From a virus (taxonomy: Duplodnaviria; Caudoviricetes): a DNA stretch of 64,000 nt. Location of the stretch: the IMG/VR virus record IMGVR_UViG_3300028048_003161; one strand, 5' to 3'. Shown here in pieces: positions 57,687 through 64,000 of this stretch (position 1 is its first letter; the number at the start of each line of letters is the position of its first letter). The notes under the pieces were generated by a model. That model did no database searches, was not told the origin of the DNA, and was given only the letters and a program-made list of their open reading frames with translations. Both the position numbers and the translations under genes were made by a program.

Positions 57687-58088
57687 ATGGATAAATTATC
57701 AGTATCATATAAATTTAACACAATCAACATTAACGTAAATTTTGATGCAGGAGTGAATGTTTTAAGTAGCTATTCAGGCACAGGAAAAACATTGCTAATT
57801 TCTGCATTAGATACATATTGTATGTTGAGTGAATATAAGCACACACTGCTTAATTACAATGATGCACGAAAGACAACTGATCAGCTTGTCAGTCTTTGCG
57901 AGGACTCTGACATAATTCTAATTAACAATGGAGACTTATTTGACATCAATAGTTTATTGGAGCAGATCAAAGATCCAGATAAAATTATCATTGTTGAGTT
58001 GAAAAATACATACAAAATTGATATGACAACAGTGAGAGAGTATCTTGTGCATTATGAAAATTTGCATGTTACAATAGAAGAAGTTTAG
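57687..58088 (+). CDS. small degenerate P-loop ATPase, paralog of 54533-55030
   Basis: VNVLSSYSGTGKT; Walker B altered to IILINNGD. Confidence 0.6.
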   Translation: MDKLSVSYKFNTININVNFDAGVNVLSSYSGTGKTLLISALDTYCMLSEYKHTLLNYNDARKTTDQLVSLCEDSDIILINNGDLFDINSLLEQIKDPDKIIIVELKNTYKIDMTTVREYLVHYENLHVTIEEV

Positions 58089-58270
58089 ATACACAAGATA
58101 TAAGTTTAATTACATATTTCAAATAAAGTATGCACACTCTAATTAAAGGGTGTGTTATTTTTATGTATAAAAATGGGTATGATTGGAAATAATGTCTAGG
58201 TAGGAGGCACTATATTGAAATTATAGTGTTTTAATTTTATATTAAAATAATACAAATGGAGGTAAAAGGC

Positions 58271-59962
58271 ATGTCAGGTAAATTTATGAATGTGAAGCGT
58301 ATTGTAATACCTGTAATGACACTAGTAATTATTGCTAGTCAATTGTGTACCGTTTCAGCAGCAACTAGAAATGAGATGGCTAGTATGTTGGGAAATAGTC
58401 AGCAGGTAGAAATTGAGGTGGCAATGCCATCTGAACAGTCTTCACTGAAAGGACAGAGTATAGGGAACGAAGGAGAAATGGATTGGGTACCTTTAGCAGA
58501 GGTAGTAGGACATGATGATATAAGAAACAGCATTGAGAATCACTTTGGTATTAAGAGCAAACAGGGTTCTCTTTATACGAACATCAAAGGTAAGAATGAT
58601 TACAATAATGTGTTTAGTGTTGCAATGAACAACAGCGCAGTCGAGAAAGCCCTGAACACGAATAAGAATTTCATAGCAAATGCAGCCTGCAACAGCTATA
58701 CCGATCTGGATATAGACGATGAGGAAAAGTGTGTGAACATGGCATTGAATGCATACTTCAATCTGTTGCCTGATGGTACAGAGGCAAATGCAGATGCATC
58801 ATTGACAAGGGCACAGTTCATGGCTATGGTCATGAGGGCAGATACCCCTGTGACAGAGATTAAGACAGACACTGCATTTGAGAAATCAGTTGGACAGTCA
58901 GAGTATAACAAGTATGCGCAGAGTGTGAACAAGGACAGCTATCTTACTTTGAATAACCAGTTGTACAATAGCAGTATGACACGGGCAGAAGCTGTTTATA
59001 CCATAGTAAGTAGATATTATGCAGACAGCTTAAAAAATGCAAGCAGTTCAGCAAGTTGTTATACAGATGCAAAGGATGGTGGAGCTGTAGCGAAATCAGA
59101 TCGTGCATCAGCCTTGAATAACAGTATTTCAAATCCAGACAGTGGGATGGACAGGGAGCTCTATAAGAGTTTATGTGTTGCAAAGGAAAAGAATCTGCTG
59201 ACAAGTGCAAGGAGCAGGTGGGATGAAGCGATCACTAAGAATGAAGCGATTGCATTGTTAAGATCAGTTTATACCCATAAGTTAGTAGAGTGTAATGCGA
59301 AAGGTACACTTCTAACCTCATCCTCAACATCAACAAATGAAACCACAACAGTTAAAAAAGCCACAGCAACAAAGAAAAAATATATCACAGTAAAGAAATA
59401 TAAAAAGAGCAAGAAATTGTATGTGAAGGTAAGTTCAGCGAAAGCATATAAGAATCCTGACACTACAAAGGGAAAGCTGGTAGTTACAAAGAAGTATAAG
59501 AAAGCTACAAAGTTAACAGTTACAGGTACAACAAAATACAAAGGAAAGTCATATTATGTTGTGAAATCAGGTAAAAATGTTTATTTAGTACAGCAGAGTT
59601 TATTAAGCAAGACCAAACCAAAGACAGCAAAGCCAAGCAGCAACAAGCCTTCAACAAAACCGAGCAGCAACAGCAGCAGTAGCAAACCGAGCAATACAGA
59701 TAGTGGTAATAGTACGGCTACTTTTGATCCTAATGGAGGTTGGGATGATTTTATCAGATGCAAAATGCCTGGAGTAAAACCTCATCATGGAGACAAATGC
59801 GTTGGTTATAAAATGGTCAATGGTAAAAAGAAGAACATCTATTATAATAAAAAAGATAATCACTGCTATTACATTGATGTAAATGGAACAGAGAGTATAG
59901 TAATGCATAAGGATGCATTTAAGTACATTGATCTCGATGATGATGGACCTGATTTTAAGTAA
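58271..59962 (+). CDS. secreted surface protein with SLH-like repeats and SH3-like C-terminal region; paralog of 50561-52204
   Basis: Sec signal ending VSA; LTRAQFMAMV, MTRAEAVYTIV, ITKNEAIALL; Lys-rich beta region; Ser/Pro linker. Confidence 0.75.
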   Translation: MSGKFMNVKRIVIPVMTLVIIASQLCTVSAATRNEMASMLGNSQQVEIEVAMPSEQSSLKGQSIGNEGEMDWVPLAEVVGHDDIRNSIENHFGIKSKQGSLYTNIKGKNDYNNVFSVAMNNSAVEKALNTNKNFIANAACNSYTDLDIDDEEKCVNMALNAYFNLLPDGTEANADASLTRAQFMAMVMRADTPVTEIKTDTAFEKSVGQSEYNKYAQSVNKDSYLTLNNQLYNSSMTRAEAVYTIVSRYYADSLKNASSSASCYTDAKDGGAVAKSDRASALNNSISNPDSGMDRELYKSLCVAKEKNLLTSARSRWDEAITKNEAIALLRSVYTHKLVECNAKGTLLTSSSTSTNETTTVKKATATKKKYITVKKYKKSKKLYVKVSSAKAYKNPDTTKGKLVVTKKYKKATKLTVTGTTKYKGKSYYVVKSGKNVYLVQQSLLSKTKPKTAKPSSNKPSTKPSSNSSSSKPSNTDSGNSTATFDPNGGWDDFIRCKMPGVKPHHGDKCVGYKMVNGKKKNIYYNKKDNHCYYIDVNGTESIVMHKDAFKYIDLDDDGPDFK

Positions 59963-60033
59963 ATAGCAGCATTGAGCTGGTGGCTACTATTACCCTGTAG
60001 CATACCAATGCACTAAATTTAATTATCAAGCAA

Positions 60034-60070
60034 AGAATCCAGTTGTATAAGCAGCTGGATTCTTGTTTTT
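60034..60070 (+). terminator. rho-independent terminator
   Basis: agaatccagttg...cagctggattcttgttttt. Confidence 0.75.
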
Positions 60071-60124
60071 ACATAAAGCACTTACATTTCAGTATATAAA
60101 ATAAAAAATATTTTTTATTAGATG

Positions 60125-60182
60125 AGCATTAGTTTGTAAAATAAGGGTTCACGCGTTATAATATAGATAGAGAAAGATTGAA
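60125..60182 (+). promoter_or_regulatory. 58-bp promoter block, copy 1 (TTGTAA-17-TATAAT)
   Basis: agcattagtttgtaaaataagggttcacgcgttataatatagatagagaaagattgaa, identical to 61111-61168. Confidence 0.85.
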
Positions 60183-60201
60183 TGGAAAGGAGCAGATATT
60201 T

Positions 60202-60438
60202 ATGTTAGAAATGAATAAAATCTATAAGTGGAATGAAGTAGTAAAAGCATATCCTGATTTATGGGTTATCATTACAAATGTAAAGGAGCATGATGGAGAA
60301 ATTGAATCATGTAAATTATTGGATGTTTGTTCTAAAGAAAATAAAAGTGACTATATAAGAAAATATATGGCATCAAATATAGAATTTGAATGCCGGCGAA
60401 CAACATTTAATGCTCCGAATATAGGTATGTTAGCATGA
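60202..60438 (+). CDS. small hypothetical protein, partner of aspartyl protease
   Basis: W.EV...YPD.WV pattern; ATGA-coupled to next gene. Confidence 0.65.
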   Translation: MLEMNKIYKWNEVVKAYPDLWVIITNVKEHDGEIESCKLLDVCSKENKSDYIRKYMASNIEFECRRTTFNAPNIGMLA

Positions 60439-60989
60439 TAAATTTGAAATTTAATTTACAGAGATTAAAAAATACATATGGATTAACGATAATCAGCAAC
60501 AGACACAAGAATACAAAAATTGGATGCTTGTTGGATACTGGAGCAAACGTGCCAGTATGGTGTGCAGGAGAGGAAAGCTTAAAATCATACTATCATAACT
60601 GTCATAAGCAAGACGCAGTATTCTTGCTCAGAGGGTTTGGTAGAGGGTATGAGATCGCGAAAGTGTATATAATTCCAGATTTCATCTTGTCAGATGGTAA
60701 AGAGGAAATACATTATAATAACTTAATAGTAGCAGTGGTAGAGAGAGATTTTTCATTTAACATGATATTAAGCTACACAATGTTTAATAAAATGAATATA
60801 AGTATTGATACATTTACAAATAGAAATGGGACACATAATGTAGCACCAAATTTGAGGATATCATCAGTAAAAGATACATATATGGTCAGATATAAATTAG
60901 CAGACCTATCAAATTTTAATAAACAAACAATTTGTCAAAAGTGTGGGACAGAGAGGATACTAGATAGCATTTATGTATTCAATCAATAG
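60435..60989 (+). CDS. retropepsin-like aspartyl protease
   Basis: LLDTGA catalytic motif, L.GFG flap, MILS. Confidence 0.7.
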   Translation: MINLKFNLQRLKNTYGLTIISNRHKNTKIGCLLDTGANVPVWCAGEESLKSYYHNCHKQDAVFLLRGFGRGYEIAKVYIIPDFILSDGKEEIHYNNLIVAVVERDFSFNMILSYTMFNKMNISIDTFTNRNGTHNVAPNLRISSVKDTYMVRYKLADLSNFNKQTICQKCGTERILDSIYVFNQ

Positions 60990-61017
60990 TAGAGGGAGAA
61001 TAAAATGCATCAAAGGT

Positions 61018-61055
61018 ATAAAAGTCAGCATCAGTAAAAAGGTGCTGGCTTTTAT
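61018..61055 (+). terminator. rho-independent terminator
   Basis: ataaaagtcagcatc...ggtgctggcttttat. Confidence 0.75.
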
Positions 61056-61110
61056 AATTTCCAATCATGCATAAAAATAATAGGAATGTTAATTTATTTT
61101 AAATCAGATA

Positions 61111-61168
61111 AGCATTAGTTTGTAAAATAAGGGTTCACGCGTTATAATATAGATAGAGAAAGATTGAA
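61111..61168 (+). promoter_or_regulatory. 58-bp promoter block, copy 2
   Basis: identical to 60125-60182. Confidence 0.85.
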
Positions 61169-61181
61169 ATAAGGGGTAAGA

Positions 61182-61682
61182 GTGATGTTAAAAATATACA
61201 CCATTAAAAATAAGATAGAACATAAAGAAATTCTTGAAACACCTTGGGATAGCTATTTTGAAGATAAGAGAATTACAAAGTATTTTGATGATACAGATAT
61301 AAAAATAATAAAAAACGTAGAAGAGACATCACTTCTAAATAATGAGACAATATATGGCAAGTTTTATGACATGCCAATTGGAATAGGATGCTTATCAGAA
61401 GGATGCAAGACATTATTATGCATTAACCATGCAATAAAAACAAATACAGTTGGACGATATGTGTTTAACATAACTTCTTGTGGTGGAAATGCAATAGCAT
61501 ATTTAGCAGAAAAAATGGCATTAGATACAGATGTATACGTATATGTTAATCATAGTGATTTTGGAATGAGTAATAACGTGCGAATACAGATAAATGACGG
61601 GGAAGAGTTAAATGATACATTGACAGCAAGCGAAGAACATATAAGGGAGTTGAGGGTAAATGGGTCAGACATTAGCGTGTAA
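61182..61682 (+). CDS. DUF4869-like protein (divergent paralog)
   Basis: MLKIY, D.YF, II..VE, LSEGCKTLL, FNITSCGGNA. Confidence 0.7.
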   Translation: MMLKIYTIKNKIEHKEILETPWDSYFEDKRITKYFDDTDIKIIKNVEETSLLNNETIYGKFYDMPIGIGCLSEGCKTLLCINHAIKTNTVGRYVFNITSCGGNAIAYLAEKMALDTDVYVYVNHSDFGMSNNVRIQINDGEELNDTLTASEEHIRELRVNGSDISV

Positions 61683-62094
61683 ATCAAGGGGCTTTAATAT
61701 ACAGTTGCAGTTACGAAGTAGTAAAACCATTGTTTGTGGAGACAGTGCTACAGGAAAAACATTTCTTTTTGAATTGTTGATGAACGCAGCAAGGGACATA
61801 GATAACCTGTACTTTATAAATTATGCTTCAGTTAAAAGTAAGGCAAATTGTAAAGTTGTAATAGAGCACATTAAACAGGCTTATGGGCAGTACATTATTA
61901 TGGATCAGGCAGATGATGTGCAAGAGGTTGACGATAGGATCATGAAGGCAATCAATGAAAATCTAAAGAATACTTATATAATTATAGGTAGAGCACCTAA
62001 ACTAAACTATTGCTTTACTGATGTGGCAGAGGTCAGCATAAAGAATAATCTAATCACATTAGAATATTTAGAACCACCTGTATTGGAGGTGTAG
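61660..62094 (+). CDS. small P-loop ATPase, DUF4869 partner
   Basis: TIVCGDSATGKT, YIIMDQAD, IIIGR. Confidence 0.7.
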   Translation: MGQTLACKSRGFNIQLQLRSSKTIVCGDSATGKTFLFELLMNAARDIDNLYFINYASVKSKANCKVVIEHIKQAYGQYIIMDQADDVQEVDDRIMKAINENLKNTYIIIGRAPKLNYCFTDVAEVSIKNNLITLEYLEPPVLEV

Positions 62095-62124
62095 GCATGG
62101 TTTATGTTTATATGGAGGATAAAA

Positions 62125-62352
62125 ATGGGAGATAATAGTAGGTTTGAGTCACAGAGTAGTACAATTATTAAGCGTCTTATGGAAAAGGATGGCATGAGTA
62201 GAGAAGAAGCAACAAATTTTTGGTTCCATTCAGCTACTTATAAAGAAATTATAAAAAGAAAATTAACATACATTTCAGCAATGAGAGCCTATTCAGAATT
62301 GAGGTTGGAACATAAAAAAAGTCCAGATTGGATGCAGAAATCTTTTGAATAA
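62125..62352 (+). CDS. DUF3791-like small helical protein
   Basis: LME..GMS.EEA...W..S.TY..I; GGAGG RBS. Confidence 0.5.
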   Translation: MGDNSRFESQSSTIIKRLMEKDGMSREEATNFWFHSATYKEIIKRKLTYISAMRAYSELRLEHKKSPDWMQKSFE

Positions 62353-62369
62353 TCACTATTGAACTAACA

Positions 62370-62402
62370 GAGCACACCGATAAAAAGGTGTGCTTTTATT
62401 TT
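62370..62402 (+). terminator. rho-independent terminator
   Basis: agagcacacc...ggtgtgcttttatttt. Confidence 0.75.
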
Positions 62403-62537
62403 ATACACTAAAATGTTTAATCACCATATCTCAATCAATTCAATACATTTAATAAAAATAATAAACATCTATAATTTTCAATGCTGCATAAAAAGCTACA
62501 TTTCCATATAGTAAGTATAATTTTTATTTTTTAATTA

Positions 62538-64000
62538 GTGTCTGCTGATTAAGCAGATATCTGTAGTTTCCAACTCTTACATCTGCTCCGGTCATGCCAA
62601 AATCGGAACAGATGAAAAAGAGCACAAAGTATTCGCCTCTGAATCCTGAACAGATTCGTCACGAATACAGATAATGCGATAGATGTCAACTGCGTTTCTT
62701 CCAGTTTTGTGGTAATGCAGCTCATACCATAGCAGCGTTTGCTCAAGCTGAAGGTGCGCTCCACTTCGATTCTATCGGTATTATCCTGATACTCTTGTTT
62801 TTTGAAGGCTTTTGCTGTGGCACTTGGTCTGCCCAGCTTTGGACCTGATAACCGGATCCCATGCTCCTTGCAATAACTCCTGTTTTCCCTGGTCCGGTAT
62901 ATCTGATCTGCCAGGACACGTTCCGGATAATAACCGGTACGTTCTTTGAAGCGTTCTACCGCTTCAATCAGGCAGCCACTCTCGTTGTATGCCTCGAAAG
63001 ATATTTTTTCGATACGCCCATAACCTTCGCTGTCAAGACTGAGATCAAATTTTGCGCCAAATTCAACAGGTGCTTTGACCTTACCTCTGACAATCGGTCG
63101 AAGCCATGGCTGCGAAATGCTTACAATGCGATGTTCCACAGAATGGACTCTGTTATCATACATATACTGTTGCTGTTCATGCAGCCTGATGATGGTAAGA
63201 TACAAGTCGATATCCTTACCTGTCATGGCGTATCCATCACTCATGAACTGTTCCAGATAGCCGAGGTCTCTTTTCACGTAGCCAAGTTGTCTGCGGATTG
63301 CGCTGCGGATTTTCTTTGCCGTGTGCTTTCTGCTCTTGGCAAATGCAAGGTACTCTTTTCTGGCACGTTTGCGGTATCTTCTTGGCAGCTTAAGACCATA
63401 ACATTTACAAAAACGGTAAATCATGTTTTCCAGCTTTTCTCTTGCTTCGTTCAAAAGCGAGAGGTCCTGCGGATAACGGATGTTTGCAGGTGCGCAGGTT
63501 GCATCAAGGGTCAGCGTTCCTTTGTTTGTATCTTCTTTTGCAGTACCATCATCACCGGATTTTCCTCCGGATGGAGGAGTATGGTCATCTTTGTCATCAT
63601 CCTTGTGAGCAAGAAGATACTCGTTTACTTCCATCAGCATATCTGCTGAAATGCGTTTACGGAAAAGAACCAGTGTACTTGCATCAAACGGGGCTTCTTC
63701 CCGAAAACCGGGAAGCCCGATAAAGTATTGCAGATACGGATTCTCTGCAATCTGTTCTACAAGCTCACGGTCGGAAAACTGGAACTTGGTCTGGATGATC
63801 AGGGCTCCTAACGCCATGCGAAGAGGCTTGGCAACATTACCCGTATCACTTGGAAACAGCTTGGCATATTTTGCTTCAAATTCATCCCATGGGATGCGGT
63901 CAGCCAGTTTGATCCAACGGTTATCCGGATTCATATGGAGCCCCATAGGCTGGTTGAAATCGAGGAATGAATGCTGTAGCTTGTCGATCGGTTTGTACAT
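62538..64000 (-). mobile_element. IS5-family insertion sequence (other end lies beyond the window)
   Basis: sharp rise in GC and CpG at ~62540; putative terminal IR gtgtctgctgattaa overlapping the transposase stop; single DDE ORF. Confidence 0.85.
62549..64000 (-). CDS. IS5-family DDE transposase
   Basis: SDRELVEQI.ENPY.QYF.G, FD.STLV.FRKR, LDAT, RPIVRGK....EFG.K, AD.IY, R..VE..F...KR. Confidence 0.93.
   Translation of the reverse strand: MYKPIDKLQHSFLDFNQPMGLHMNPDNRWIKLADRIPWDEFEAKYAKLFPSDTGNVAKPLRMALGALIIQTKFQFSDRELVEQIAENPYLQYFIGLPGFREEAPFDASTLVLFRKRISADMLMEVNEYLLAHKDDDKDDHTPPSGGKSGDDGTAKEDTNKGTLTLDATCAPANIRYPQDLSLLNEAREKLENMIYRFCKCYGLKLPRRYRKRARKEYLAFAKSRKHTAKKIRSAIRRQLGYVKRDLGYLEQFMSDGYAMTGKDIDLYLTIIRLHEQQQYMYDNRVHSVEHRIVSISQPWLRPIVRGKVKAPVEFGAKFDLSLDSEGYGRIEKISFEAYNESGCLIEAVERFKERTGYYPERVLADQIYRTRENRSYCKEHGIRLSGPKLGRPSATAKAFKKQEYQDNTDRIEVERTFSLSKRCYGMSCITTKLEETQLTSIALSVFVTNLFRIQRRILCALFHLFRFWHDRSRCKSWKLQISA

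Noticed and set aside
1-62400. Prophage or virion module
   Set aside because: No terminase, portal, capsid, tail or integrase recognised in the window; phage identity cannot be claimed from this segment.
62861-63723. Plus-strand ORFs inside the IS
   Set aside because: Antisense to the transposase with no recognisable domain.

Overview
About 62.5 kb of a large, AT-rich, purine-skewed mobile replicon (most likely a megaplasmid or phage-plasmid-like element from a low-GC Gram-positive, Clostridia/Lachnospiraceae-type host), ending in a GC-richer IS5-family transposase on the minus strand. Every credible gene before the IS is on the + strand. I saw no rRNA, tRNA, CRISPR array, ribosomal-protein or capsid genes. 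Modules in order: (1) 0-7 kb small accessory genes (ART-fold protein, sialyltransferase-like GT, DUF4349 and DUF5052 lipoproteins, NADAR, PC4-like SSB); (2) NlpC/P60 wall hydrolase, RecJ-like DHH nuclease and a monoderm Tad/Flp-type pilus operon; (3) ParM-like actin, a 1116-aa coiled-coil/MinD-like protein and a ParR-like protein; (4) stand-alone 5'-3' exonuclease, dCMP deaminase and a vWA protein; (5) a dedicated TatB/TatA/TatC translocase directly followed by a single-arginine Tat-signal protein, a Cys-repeat (CXXX) protein and a radical SAM/SPASM maturase; (6) lipoproteins, a MoxR-like AAA and an exonuclease-less family A DNA polymerase with an apparent Ig-like insertion; (7) 53-62 kb of promoter-to-terminator cassettes with toxin/antitoxin- and defence-like genes. 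The best candidate for an undescribed system is the Tat + radical-SAM locus, where the TatC signal-binding loop and the substrate signal peptide both depart from consensus in a possibly complementary way. Family assignments come from motif recognition by eye, not from database searches.
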